A stretch of DNA of 64,000 nt from Chloroflexota bacterium. Its GTDB lineage: Bacteria; Chloroflexota; UBA11872; VXNJ01. How positions within the stretch are numbered: position 1 is the first letter of the stretch; each line of letters opens with the position of its first letter. The position numbers and the translations under genes are program-made. Positions 16,960 to 26,442 of this stretch are shown one piece after another. Under the pieces are notes generated by a model. That model had not been told where the DNA came from, did not search any database, and was given only the letters and a program-made list of their open reading frames with translations. The stretch is from NCBI GenBank assembly GCA_965249595.1, contig OZ252242.1:1871850-1935849 (forward strand). The letters are read 5' to 3'.

Positions 16960-18501
16960 ATGCTGGCAGCCGCCGGATTGGTGGCCGCCGGCAATGTAAT
17001 TTCACGACTGATCGGGTTTGTCCGCGAACCGGTAATCGCCGCCGTTTTTGGCGCCAGCACGCAAGCCGATGCCTTCGAGATCGCGGCGCGGGTGCCCAAC
17101 ACGCTGCTCGAGGTCGCCATCGGCGGTGCGGTTTCGGCGGTGCTCGTCCCGCTGCTGGCGGGAATGGGCGACGGCCCGGCGGCCCGGCGCTTGACCGGCA
17201 ATGTGGCCAGCGTCACCGCGTTGCTACTGGGATTGCTGACCATCGGTGGTTTGGTTTTTACCGACCAGCTAGTGGCGCTATTGGCACCCGATTTGCCGCA
17301 GTCAGCAAAGCCGCTGGCCGCGGCCATGCTGCGCTTTACGATCCCGGCCGCATTGCTGCTGGGAATATCGGCCGTCGTGACCGCCCGCCTAATAGCGCTC
17401 GAGCGCTTCGTCGGACCGGCCTTTTCCATATCGGCCCTCAATTCGGTGCTGGTGGTCGCCATTTTGGCGCTCACGCCCCTGGTCGGACCGGTCGCCGTGG
17501 CGGTCGGCTATCTCGTGGGGGCCGGGGCGCACCTGGCGGTGCAATTGCCAGGTCTGTTTCGCGCCGGAGTCTCTCGGCGCTGGCCAGATCCATGGGCCGA
17601 TTCCAACCTGCGTCGCGCCGTGCTGTTGTATTTGCCGGTCCTGGGTGGCCTGTTGATCGCCCAAGTAGTGATCCTGGTGGAAACCCGCCTGGCCACCAGC
17701 GCCGGGGAAGGCAGCCTGGCGATGATGCGGTACGCCACCCGATTGCAGCAATTTCCGCTCGGCGTGATCGTGGCCGCGATCGCCCTGGCATTGCTACCGC
17801 CACTGGCCCAGGCGGCGCCGGCAGCCCTGCGCCGAATGGCGGAGGCGGATGAATTCAAAGAGCTTTTCTGGGCTGCCGCACGGGTCCTCATCGTAGCTAT
17901 CGTGCCGGTGACCATAATCCTGGTATTGGCCGCCGAACCGGTGATTCGGATCGTTTACGAGCGCGGTCAATTCCAACCCGGAGACGTAGCGCCAACCGCC
18001 CTGGCGCTGGTCTATTACTCGGTGGCGTTGCCGCTGATCGCTATCGACCAATTGCTTATTTTTTCGCTTTACGCCGCCCGCAATACCATCGCCCCGGCGG
18101 CGGTGGGAGTAGTTGGTGTCGCGATCTATCTGCTGGTTGCTTTTCCCTTGGCTCAAGCTTTGGGTTTCCACGGACTGGTCCTGGCCAATTCCATCCAAAA
18201 CGGGGCCCACGCCGTAGTGCTCGGGGCCCTGATGCTCTATCTCTTGCGAACTCGGCCGAAGAGGTCAGTTTGGCGATTCGCAATCGGCGTGACGGCGGCG
18301 GCGGCGGCGGCGGGAGCCGCGCTCTGGATGGGAATGGCGCTGGCCCAGTTCATCGAACCGGCCCCTGAGCCGGGATTGGTGACGCTGGTGCTGGCCCTGC
18401 CCGGGACCGCTTTGGCCTATTTCGCGGTATTGCAAGTATTTGGCGTTAAGGAACCGGCATTGATTTGGGCAATGGTCAGCGAGCGACTCATGCGCCGCTG
18501 A
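16960..18501 (+). CDS. murJ: MurJ/MviN-family lipid II flippase
   Basis: SRLIGFVRE, ADAF...RVPN, RLQQFPLG and ERGQF motifs with many TM segments. Confidence 0.88.
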   Translation: MLAAAGLVAAGNVISRLIGFVREPVIAAVFGASTQADAFEIAARVPNTLLEVAIGGAVSAVLVPLLAGMGDGPAARRLTGNVASVTALLLGLLTIGGLVFTDQLVALLAPDLPQSAKPLAAAMLRFTIPAALLLGISAVVTARLIALERFVGPAFSISALNSVLVVAILALTPLVGPVAVAVGYLVGAGAHLAVQLPGLFRAGVSRRWPDPWADSNLRRAVLLYLPVLGGLLIAQVVILVETRLATSAGEGSLAMMRYATRLQQFPLGVIVAAIALALLPPLAQAAPAALRRMAEADEFKELFWAAARVLIVAIVPVTIILVLAAEPVIRIVYERGQFQPGDVAPTALALVYYSVALPLIAIDQLLIFSLYAARNTIAPAAVGVVGVAIYLLVAFPLAQALGFHGLVLANSIQNGAHAVVLGALMLYLLRTRPKRSVWRFAIGVTAAAAAAGAALWMGMALAQFIEPAPEPGLVTLVLALPGTALAYFAVLQVFGVKEPALIWAMVSERLMRR

Positions 18502-18509
18502 CAAAAGGA

Positions 18510-19367
18510 TCAGTTAACGCTTGGGCGCTGATCCAATTGGTTGCGCAGGTCCAGCGCCCCTTGATGCCGCTCGTCGGCGAACCAACGGAAGAAAACAATC
18601 GCCAGTGCGAACCAAAAAACGACCTTGCCGGGCGTCCACATGAGAAGGCCGCCCAGCTGTTGATCATCAGCAGCCGAAATTGAAAAGACCCGTGGGGCCT
18701 CAGCGTAGACCGAATAGACCGGCTCCTCGGCAAAGGTGAGCACGGCCCCAAAGAGGGACTGGGGAACCGGTAAGACAAATAGGTAAAAGATCTGAAACAC
18801 CGGGGCCAGGCGCGGCAATTGCTCAGATTGCGATGCCAGCGGCCACCACATCATCATTGAGACCACGATATAGGACATGTGCTCAGTGTCGTGAAGGAGC
18901 TGATTGGTCAGGGCGGCCTCATAAAGGGTCGGGACATGCCAAAGGGCTACCACCGCCTGGGAAGCGATGATCGCAACCACCGGGTTGGTCAGTATCCTGC
19001 CCACCGCCAGGGCCCCGGGCAGCCGCAGCAAGAGGCCGATCATCCAGCCTGGCGTCCCCAGGATCAGGCCCAGCGGGACGATGAAGAACATGATCAGGTG
19101 CTGGGTCATGTGGGCGGAGAACAAGTAGTGTTCGCCGATGTAATCAATCGGTGAAAAGATTGCCAGGGCCATGGCAACCAGGCCGGCCAAGAAAGCCGGC
19201 ACCCGCCATCGTTCCGGCGCCGGACCCAGATTGAAACGGACCCGCAGCGGACCCAGCAGATACAGATAGGCCGCCGCCGCCAATAGCATTCCAGTCGCCG
19301 CCGTGGGAGCGACCGACCAGACGTTGGTCTGCAGCGATTCAGCTACATGGGCGGTGTGCGGGAACAA
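18510..19367 (-). CDS. ctaG: CtaG (caa3-type) cytochrome c oxidase assembly factor
   Basis: SPID, FSAHMTQH, LWHVP...HDTEH and DQQLGGLLMW motifs. Confidence 0.85.
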   Translation of the reverse strand: MFPHTAHVAESLQTNVWSVAPTAATGMLLAAAAYLYLLGPLRVRFNLGPAPERWRVPAFLAGLVAMALAIFSPIDYIGEHYLFSAHMTQHLIMFFIVPLGLILGTPGWMIGLLLRLPGALAVGRILTNPVVAIIASQAVVALWHVPTLYEAALTNQLLHDTEHMSYIVVSMMMWWPLASQSEQLPRLAPVFQIFYLFVLPVPQSLFGAVLTFAEEPVYSVYAEAPRVFSISAADDQQLGGLLMWTPGKVVFWFALAIVFFRWFADERHQGALDLRNQLDQRPSVN

Positions 19368-19438
19368 TACGGCGACCCTCTAGCTAAACGTGACCGGTGG
19401 ATATTTGGCGCCCGTGCATTTGATTTTCGCGCAAGCGT

Positions 19439-20242
19439 TTAAATCTTGGCCCGCAGCCAAGCCCACACGCCAAACATCCGCAACGAAAAATAGATAAGCA
19501 AAGCCACAAAAACATAACGCAAGATCAGCTGGTCCAGCACCCCGCCGGCCAGCGCCCCGAAGACCAATCCGGTTGGGACCGAGAACACGGTAATGCCCGC
19601 CGCCCAGCGCCAGCGCACATTGCCCAGCCGAGTGTGCGCAATCACCCCGGCAATCGACGTCGGGATCATCATCGCCAAGGCGAAAGCCTGGGCGTCACGC
19701 TGGCCCAGCGAGAGAAAGAACACCGATACCGGCACGACAAAGATGCCGCCGCCAACACCCAGCAATCCACTCAAATAGCCAGCCAATAACCCGATCGTGA
19801 CCGCCGCCACGTAGCGCCCATAGCCGGAGATGCTCAAGAGCTCTTCGGGATCAGCCAGGGAAAAAAGCAGTATTGCGGCAACCAGCAGAAACCCGGCAAA
19901 CACCCGCCGCAGGGTCAGTTCCGGCATGGCCGACGCCGACCTGGCCCCCAGCGGGGCGGTGGCGATGGACGGCACGGTGGCCACGGCGACCAGGACCCAG
20001 TCGATCTCCACCGAAAGGGTGTAGCCAATCAAGCTTGCCAACGCCGTTAGAACCACGATGGCCAGCGAAGTGCCATGGGCGACGACTTGGCTGATGGAGA
20101 GCATGGAAACCATAAGTGGGACCATAAACGTGCCGCCACCGATGCCGGCCAACCCGGAGAACGTGCCGCCGCCGATGCCGATTGCTCCCAGCTGGGTCCA
20201 ACTTGAACGGCGCCCCGGCACCCTAGGTGAATCGCTCATCAA
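19439..20242 (-). CDS. TauE/SafE-family sulfite exporter-like membrane protein
   Basis: Two repeats of G-(L/I/V)-GGG...VP with GTSL-type motifs. Confidence 0.85.
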   Translation of the reverse strand: MMSDSPRVPGRRSSWTQLGAIGIGGGTFSGLAGIGGGTFMVPLMVSMLSISQVVAHGTSLAIVVLTALASLIGYTLSVEIDWVLVAVATVPSIATAPLGARSASAMPELTLRRVFAGFLLVAAILLFSLADPEELLSISGYGRYVAAVTIGLLAGYLSGLLGVGGGIFVVPVSVFFLSLGQRDAQAFALAMMIPTSIAGVIAHTRLGNVRWRWAAGITVFSVPTGLVFGALAGGVLDQLILRYVFVALLIYFSLRMFGVWAWLRAKI

Positions 20243-20338
20243 TAACCAGTGCGGATATTCTTGGCAGGCCCGGTCACTCCAATAGCGACCGTCCTCATTG
20301 CTAAATTGTTACTTGCCCAAACCCTCCGGAGAACACAG

Positions 20339-21325
20339 ATGACAAGTGTGCGTGATCGTCAGTTGCCCCGGATCGGTTCAACCGTCATCGACCTGATCGG
20401 CAACACGCCGCTGGTTCAGATAAACAATGCGGTGGCCGAATCAGGCGCCGTAATTGTGGGAAAACTGGAGTCGGCCAATCCGGGTGGCAGCGTCAAAGAC
20501 CGCACCGGATTGGCAATGATTGATGCCGCCGAAGCCGCCGCTGCCATCCGGCCGGGCGAGACAGTGGTCATCGAACCAACTTCCGGCAATACCGGCATCG
20601 CCCTGGCCATGGCCTGTGCCGCCAAAGGGTATCGCTGCGTGATAACAATGCCCGAGACGATGAGCATTGAGCGTCGCCAGGCCCTGCTGTTGTTCGGGGC
20701 CGAGCTGGTGCTCACGCCGGCCGCCGGCGGCATGCAGGGGGCGATCGACCAGGCAGAGACGCTGTGCGACTCAATCGAGGGCGGATGGATCCCACAGCAG
20801 TTTGAAAACCCCGCCAATCCCGACGTTCACTTCCGCACCACGGCCGAGGAGATCTGGCGCGACACCGAAGGCGAAGTCGACATCATCGTCTCGCCAGTCG
20901 GGACCGGTGGCACCGCCACCGGCTGTGCCCGGGCCTTAAAACCGCGTAAATCCAGCCTTGAGGTTGTCGGCGTGGAGCCCACCCGCAGCGCCGTAATTTC
21001 AGGCGGGGAACCGGGACCGCACCGGATTCAAGGAATCGGCGCAGGATTCGTTCCTTCAGTATTTGAGGGCGAATTGATTGATGAAATCATCAAGATCGAA
21101 GACGAGGCTGCCGAGCACATGGCGCGACAGCTTTGCTCCCGCGATGGCCTTTTCGTCGGCATCTCCGCCGGGGCCGGTGTGGCCGCGGCACTGGAGCTGG
21201 GCCAGCGCGAGGAAAACAAGGGCAATTTAATCGTTACGATCCTCCCCGATACCGGTGAGCGTTACCTGTCGCATCCAGGATTTGAGTCGGTCATCTATAA
21301 CGCTGAGTTGCAACGGCCGGTCTAA
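20339..21325 (+). CDS. cysK: Cysteine synthase A
   Basis: [16 protein letters not shown] (PLP Lys), [21 protein letters not shown] and HRIQGIGAG; ATG at 20339 with GGAGA. Confidence 0.95.
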   Translation: MTSVRDRQLPRIGSTVIDLIGNTPLVQINNAVAESGAVIVGKLESANPGGSVKDRTGLAMIDAAEAAAAIRPGETVVIEPTSGNTGIALAMACAAKGYRCVITMPETMSIERRQALLLFGAELVLTPAAGGMQGAIDQAETLCDSIEGGWIPQQFENPANPDVHFRTTAEEIWRDTEGEVDIIVSPVGTGGTATGCARALKPRKSSLEVVGVEPTRSAVISGGEPGPHRIQGIGAGFVPSVFEGELIDEIIKIEDEAAEHMARQLCSRDGLFVGISAGAGVAAALELGQREENKGNLIVTILPDTGERYLSHPGFESVIYNAELQRPV

Positions 21326-21342
21326 GCCAATCCTGCAAATGA

Positions 21343-21372
21343 ATCCGCCCCGACCGACCGGTCGGGGCGGAT
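21343..21372. terminator. GC-rich hairpin between convergent cysK and rplL
   Basis: 13-bp perfect stem ATCCGCCCCGACC/GGTCGGGGCGGAT with a 4-nt loop. Confidence 0.75.
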
Positions 21373-21408
21373 ATCTAAAAAGCTGAAGTGCCGCTTGGCG
21401 GCATTGGG

Positions 21409-21795
21409 CTATTTGATCTCGATCGTTGCGCCTTCGGCCTCCAGCAATTTGGCAATCTCATCGGCCTCGTCCCGGGAAACGCCTTCTTTGACGGCGTTGG
21501 GGGCTTGGTCAACGATCGCCTTGGATTCCTTGAGTCCCAGACCGGTGATCTGTCGCACCACCTTGATTACCGGAATCTTGTTGGGACCGATCTCGGAGAG
21601 CACCACGTCGAATTCGGTTTGCTCGGCCGCCGCGGCCTCGCCGTTGGATGAGGCGTCTGCCGCCGCCGGCGCCGCCGCCATCGCGGTGACCCCGAATTTT
21701 TCTTGGAGCAGTTCGACCAACTCGGCCAACTCCAATACCGTCATCGACCCGATCGCCTCGATCAGATCATTTAGCTTTGTGTTTTCTGAAGCCAT
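21409..21795 (-). CDS. rplL: 50S ribosomal protein L7/L12
   Basis: [18 protein letters not shown] and GLGLKESK motifs. Confidence 0.97.
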   Translation of the reverse strand: MASENTKLNDLIEAIGSMTVLELAELVELLQEKFGVTAMAAAPAAADASSNGEAAAAEQTEFDVVLSEIGPNKIPVIKVVRQITGLGLKESKAIVDQAPNAVKEGVSRDEADEIAKLLEAEGATIEIK

Positions 21796-21876
21796 TTATT
21801 TCTCCTTGAAAAGTTGTTTAGCTTTGCAATGCTTGCCGGCAAGCAACGTTGACGGCAAAAGTTTTGGGTGGTTGCC

Positions 21877-22398
21877 CTAGGCAGCCTTTTGTTCGCGAAT
21901 CTGATCGATGGCCACCGCCAGCCGCGATATGGTGGCCGCGAGAGTAAAGACCAGGCCCGTCAGCGGACTGGCCACGCTGCCAACGACCGTTGCAACCAAA
22001 ACGTCGCGTGAAGGGATCGCCGCTATGCGCGTTACCAGTGGAACGTCGACCAATTCACCGTCAACCCGACCACCGCGAATCTCATACTCAGGGTTTCGAG
22101 CCGCCAGGCGCGTGAGCACCTTGGCCGCCCCGGAGGGATCGTCGGCGCAGATCGTCAATGCGACCGGACCGTCGAACAGTTCGCTCAGGTCGCCGAAACC
22201 GGCATTGGTGGCGGCGATACGGGCCAGGGTGTTTTTGACCACGTGATAGCTGGCTCCAACCTCGCCCAATTCACCACGTAGATCGGCTATGGCGGGAACC
22301 GAGAGGCCCCGATAGTAGCTGACCAGCCACGACGGCGTTGATTCGAAGAGGGTCTGGAGGTCGCTCACGCGGGCTTCTTTTTCAGCCCTTGTTGCCAA
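21877..22398 (-). CDS. rplJ: 50S ribosomal protein L10
   Basis: YRGLSV, VVKNTLARIA and GPVA motifs; TTG start at 22398 with AAGGAG. Confidence 0.95.
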   Translation of the reverse strand: MATRAEKEARVSDLQTLFESTPSWLVSYYRGLSVPAIADLRGELGEVGASYHVVKNTLARIAATNAGFGDLSELFDGPVALTICADDPSGAAKVLTRLAARNPEYEIRGGRVDGELVDVPLVTRIAAIPSRDVLVATVVGSVASPLTGLVFTLAATISRLAVAIDQIREQKAA

Positions 22399-22427
22399 TT
22401 GAGCTCCTTTATTGAAATGATCTAAAA

Positions 22428-22585
22428 GAAAAAACCGCACAGATTCAATGTCCCATGCGGTCGGATTGGCGATTGGTCGAAAGTTGCGCCTGAGCGCCGC
22501 TTTAGAAACCCTGTACCTGGGCGGGCGTCCTTAAAGGCTTGTTCGCCTTTTTGGAAATTAACCGCAAGCGATTGCGGCACCGGCC
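22428..22585 (-). promoter_or_regulatory. L10 leader (rplJL autoregulatory RNA) with terminator-like hairpin
   Basis: Minus strand CCAGACGGCCGGT...TTAA...CCCGCCCAGGT resembles the L10 leader core; followed by CCGCA...TGCGG plus a U7 run. Confidence 0.7.
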
Positions 22586-22624
22586 GTCTGGGGCATCAAA
22601 TTGAGTTGTTACAAGTTAGGGATT

Positions 22625-23338
22625 TTAGGCCTGTTGACGAGCCTCATTTATTGCCTCGGCGACATCGAGCGGGATTCCCGGGCCCATAGTCGTCGAAAGA
22701 GTTATTGATTGCACATAGGTGCCGCGGGCACCATCGGGTCGAGCATTAACGATCGCATTTAGCGCCGTGTATAGGTTTTCACGCAGGCCCTCTAGCGCGA
22801 ATGACACCTTGCCAATTACAAAATGAACGTTGCCGCTTTGGTCGGCCCGATATTCGATCTGGCCTCCCTTGATCGCGTCCACGACTTGGCCGATCCGCGG
22901 GCTGACCGTGCCGGCCCGGGCGTTGGGCATCAAGCCGCGTGGACCCAATATTCGACCCAGCGGACCGACGATCCGCATCATGTCCGGAGTGGCCACGGCC
23001 GCATCAAAGTCGAGCCAACCAGCCTGAATCCGCTTGGCCAGATCCGCGCCGCCAACTTCCACGGCGCCGGCATCACGCGCCTCGGCCGCGGCGTCGCCGG
23101 CGGCAAAAGCAATGATGCGACGAGTCCGGCCGGTTCCGTGGGGGAGCACCACGGTGCCGCGGACCTGTTGGTCCTGGTGCCGCGTGTCGATGCCCAATTT
23201 CGAATGCAGTTCGACAGTGGAATCGAATTTTGTCGGATCCCATGTCTGGGCCAATTCAAGAGCGTCGGCTATCACATACTCACGGCCGGACTCTACGGTT
23301 TCGGCGGCCGCTTCATAGCGCTTGGAATTTTTGGTCAT
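22625..23338 (-). CDS. rplA: 50S ribosomal protein L1
   Basis: KFDSTVE, VRGTVVLPHGTG, LGPRGLMPN and STTMGPG motifs. Confidence 0.97.
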   Translation of the reverse strand: MTKNSKRYEAAAETVESGREYVIADALELAQTWDPTKFDSTVELHSKLGIDTRHQDQQVRGTVVLPHGTGRTRRIIAFAAGDAAAEARDAGAVEVGGADLAKRIQAGWLDFDAAVATPDMMRIVGPLGRILGPRGLMPNARAGTVSPRIGQVVDAIKGGQIEYRADQSGNVHFVIGKVSFALEGLRENLYTALNAIVNARPDGARGTYVQSITLSTTMGPGIPLDVAEAINEARQQA

Positions 23339-23373
23339 AGTGGCGAACTCTTAAGGGGTTGAAATCGGCTCGG

Positions 23374-23805
23374 TCAGGCCGGCGTTTGGACCGTAATGCC
23401 CATGCTGCGGGCAGTACCGGCCACAATTTTCTTTGCTTGATCTAGGTCTTTGGTGTTGAGGTCGGGCATCTTGATCGTGGCAATCTCGGCCAGCTGCTCA
23501 TCGGTCACCGAGCCAACCACCTCTTGGCTGGGATTGCTGGCACCCACCGATACCCCGGCAGCCTTGCGCAGCAGGTCTGAAGCGGGCGGCGTCTTGGTGA
23601 TAAACGAATAGGAGCGGTCGGAGAAGATCGTCACCTCGCACGGGATGATGTTGCCGATCTGGTCCCGGGTCTTGGCGTTGTAATCCTTTACGAATTGGAC
23701 GCTGTTGACGCCGTGTTGCCCCAGTGATGGGCCTACCGGAGGGGCCACCGTGGCCTGGCCACCGGCCAGTTGCATCTTGACGATGGCAATCACTTTCTGC
23801 GCCAA
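23374..23805 (-). CDS. rplK: 50S ribosomal protein L11
   Basis: APPVGPSLG, KTPPAS and GTARSMG motifs; TTG start. Confidence 0.97.
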   Translation of the reverse strand: MAQKVIAIVKMQLAGGQATVAPPVGPSLGQHGVNSVQFVKDYNAKTRDQIGNIIPCEVTIFSDRSYSFITKTPPASDLLRKAAGVSVGASNPSQEVVGSVTDEQLAEIATIKMPDLNTKDLDQAKKIVAGTARSMGITVQTPA

Positions 23806-23860
23806 ATTAGAACTCTCTTTAAGTAGCTTGTGGGAATTTTTGGTTTGCGCCGATTAGGGC

Positions 23861-24418
23861 TCAGGCGCCCGAGCGGACACGTTCGACTTGCAGGAAATCC
23901 AGTTCGACCGGGGTGTCGCGACCGAAGAAAGAAACCATTACTCGAACGCGGCCGCGTTCTAGGTTCACCTCGTCGACGGTTCCCAAGAATTCGGAGAAAG
24001 GACCGTCAACAATTTTCACGGTATCACCCGCGGCCATCGAAACCTGGACCCTTGGCGCTTTGCCGTGGATCTGTTCAAAGATCCTCTCGACTTCAACCTT
24101 GGGCAGCGGCATCGCGCGCTGGCTGCCACCGACGAAGTTGACGACGCCCGGGGTATTGCGAACTATGGTGCCGGAGGTGGTGTTGTAATCCATCCGCACC
24201 AACACGTAGCCCTGAAACATCTTGCGCTTGACGGTCTGGCGTTCGCCGTTGCGAACTTCCTCGACGTCTTTCTCCGGGATAACGACCTCGAAGATCGCGT
24301 CCTCAGCGTCCATGGACCGGATTCGGGAGAGTAGATTGTCGCGAAAGCGGTTCTCGTAACCCGAATAGGTCTGAACCACGTACCAGTCGCCGCGCAGGTT
24401 GGTATCGGTCGCCATCAA
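23861..24418 (-). CDS. nusG: Transcription termination/antitermination factor NusG
   Basis: WYVVQTYSGYE, GYVLV, VRNTPGV and a KOW domain (GPFSEF...FFGRDTPVEL). Confidence 0.97.
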   Translation of the reverse strand: MMATDTNLRGDWYVVQTYSGYENRFRDNLLSRIRSMDAEDAIFEVVIPEKDVEEVRNGERQTVKRKMFQGYVLVRMDYNTTSGTIVRNTPGVVNFVGGSQRAMPLPKVEVERIFEQIHGKAPRVQVSMAAGDTVKIVDGPFSEFLGTVDEVNLERGRVRVMVSFFGRDTPVELDFLQVERVRSGA

Positions 24419-24652
24419 CTATGCCTGGATAAAGATCAAATCTGAAAGTTTGGAAAGGCCGAAATCAAAAAATCCAAGGAACAGCGCCAGCGCGATTACC
24501 ACACCCAACACGATCACCGTAAGGCGAATCGTCTCGTCTCGCGTTGGCCAGTGCGATCGGCGCAATTCGGCTACGGTTTCCCGCGCGAAATTGGCAGGTC
24601 CATTCGACTGGCGGGCGGTCGCACGACGTCTAGTTCTTGCTCTGCCAGCCAA
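24419..24652 (-). CDS. secE: Preprotein translocase subunit SecE
   Basis: ELRRSHWPTRDE followed by one TM helix, directly upstream of nusG; likely TTG start at 24652. Confidence 0.9.
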   Translation of the reverse strand: MAGRARTRRRATARQSNGPANFARETVAELRRSHWPTRDETIRLTVIVLGVVIALALFLGFFDFGLSKLSDLIFIQA

Positions 24653-24791
24653 ATCTTGTCCTGTGTCGGGAAGCGCCGATTGGCGGACGCCAACTAGCCT
24701 TCCCAATTGCTCATTTCTTGGGCAACAACACGGCTTTTGGCAACCGCGCCATTGCGGCGGATTCTAGCACCGGATTGATACAGCGCCCTCC

Positions 24792-25565
24792 CTACCAGAG
24801 GCTGTAACCACCGTCTACGATCAGGTCCAACCCAACGACAAATGTCGATGCCGGAGTCGCCAAAAACAATACCGCGCCGGCCAGTTCGTCGACAGTTCCG
24901 CGCCGGCCGATCGGGGTAATGTCCATCCAGCGGCCGCGGAAGGGTTCGGCGGCCGGATTGGCTGCGGCGGTGTTAGTCGCAATGTATCCGGGTGATATGC
25001 AATTGCAATAGATTCCGTCCTTGATCCATTCAGCGGCCAGGCTTTTGGTCAGGTGCACGCACCCGGCCTTCGACGCGTTGTAGGTCGACTGCATCTGCGG
25101 ATGATTAACTATTGATCCCGACATCGAAGCGTTGTTGATGATTCGACCACCGCCATGCTCGCGCATCCAGCGGGCCTCGGCCTGCATGCACAAGAACACG
25201 CCCTTCATGTTGGTGCCGACGATTCGATCCCATTCGGCCTCTTCCACCTCGTAGCCGTCGAACCAACCGAATGCACCGGCGTTGTTAAATGCCACGTCGA
25301 GTTGTCCGAATTGGCCGGTCACCGTATCAATCATGGCGTTGACGGAATCGGCATCCCGCACATCGCACCCAACGGTTGCGACCCGGCGGCCAAGGGCCTC
25401 AATATCGGCGGCGCTCTCACGCAACGTCGCCAGCGTGCGACCGGCCAGGGCGATATCGGCGCCGGCCTCGGCCAGGCCGCGCGCCACCGCCCGGCCGATG
25501 CCGGTGCCGCCACCGGTGACCAAGGCCACCTTGCCGGCCAAGCAAAAATCGTCCAACAGTCCCAT
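24792..25565 (-). CDS. Short-chain dehydrogenase (polyol/sugar dehydrogenase-like)
   Basis: TGGGTGIG, NNAG, ASMSG, YNASK and SPGY motifs. Confidence 0.9.
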   Translation of the reverse strand: MGLLDDFCLAGKVALVTGGGTGIGRAVARGLAEAGADIALAGRTLATLRESAADIEALGRRVATVGCDVRDADSVNAMIDTVTGQFGQLDVAFNNAGAFGWFDGYEVEEAEWDRIVGTNMKGVFLCMQAEARWMREHGGGRIINNASMSGSIVNHPQMQSTYNASKAGCVHLTKSLAAEWIKDGIYCNCISPGYIATNTAAANPAAEPFRGRWMDITPIGRRGTVDELAGAVLFLATPASTFVVGLDLIVDGGYSLW

Positions 25566-25598
25566 GGTGTCCTCTTTTCGAATCCGCTGTGCCGCGGG

Positions 25599-26414
25599 TT
25601 AGTCGGTGGCCAAAGTCTCGACCAGCGAGGTGCCGCCGGTGCCGACAACCGTCCAATTCAGATCCAGCACCGCGCCGGTCATCAGTCCAGAGTCGGAAGA
25701 CGCTAGGAATCTGACCGTATTGGCCACATCGTATGGTTTGAGCATTCGCCCGAAGGGCAGCAGTGGCTCGATCTCCTCACGCCAATTCGGACCGGCCCCG
25801 TGGAACGTGGTTTGAATGCGCTGTTCGCCGGGCGTATCGGTCCAGCCGAGGGCGATCCCGTTGATGCGTATACGCTCGTTAACAAGGTAATTGGCCGCGT
25901 TTTTGGTCAGGGTGAGCAGGCCGCCCTTGGATGTGGAATACGGTGCCAACTCCATGCCCCCGCCATAGGCATTGGCCGAGAGAACGTTGACGATGGCGCC
26001 ACCGCCACCCTGCTCGATCATCACCTTGGCGGCATCCTGCATCAGGAAGAAGGGCGCCCGCAAATTCAGGTCCAACGTCTTTTGATACAGATCCGGGCTG
26101 GTGTTTAGGATGTTGCCGCGGTCGGTGATTGCCGCTGAATTTACCAGCGCGTCGACACGGCCATAGGATTCCAAAGCGGCCGGGATTAGCGAGCGGACTT
26201 GCGCCAGGTCAGTCAGGTCGGAGGGCACAAACCGGCTCTTGGCGCCAAGGGCCTCGATTTCGGCTGCCACGGCGGCGCCATTTGCTTCATTGCGGCCGCA
26301 GATTAACACCCCGGCGGCACCTTCGCGCGCGAACATGCGGGCAACCTCGGCCCCCACCCCTTGCGTGGAGCCGGTCACCACGGCAACGCTGCCGGCAAAT
26401 TTACCATCTGTCAT
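25599..26414 (-). CDS. Short-chain dehydrogenase
   Basis: TGSTQGVG, NSAA and YSTSK motifs; likely ATG at 26414. Confidence 0.9.
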   Translation of the reverse strand: MTDGKFAGSVAVVTGSTQGVGAEVARMFAREGAAGVLICGRNEANGAAVAAEIEALGAKSRFVPSDLTDLAQVRSLIPAALESYGRVDALVNSAAITDRGNILNTSPDLYQKTLDLNLRAPFFLMQDAAKVMIEQGGGGAIVNVLSANAYGGGMELAPYSTSKGGLLTLTKNAANYLVNERIRINGIALGWTDTPGEQRIQTTFHGAGPNWREEIEPLLPFGRMLKPYDVANTVRFLASSDSGLMTGAVLDLNWTVVGTGGTSLVETLATD

Positions 26415-26442
26415 CAATTTCCCCTTACCGTTAATTTCAACA

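Noticed and set aside
24700-24790. att-type direct repeat of the tRNA-Thr 3' end near secE
   Set aside because: Only a weak CCGGATTGA vs CCGGAATTGA resemblance, too short to support.
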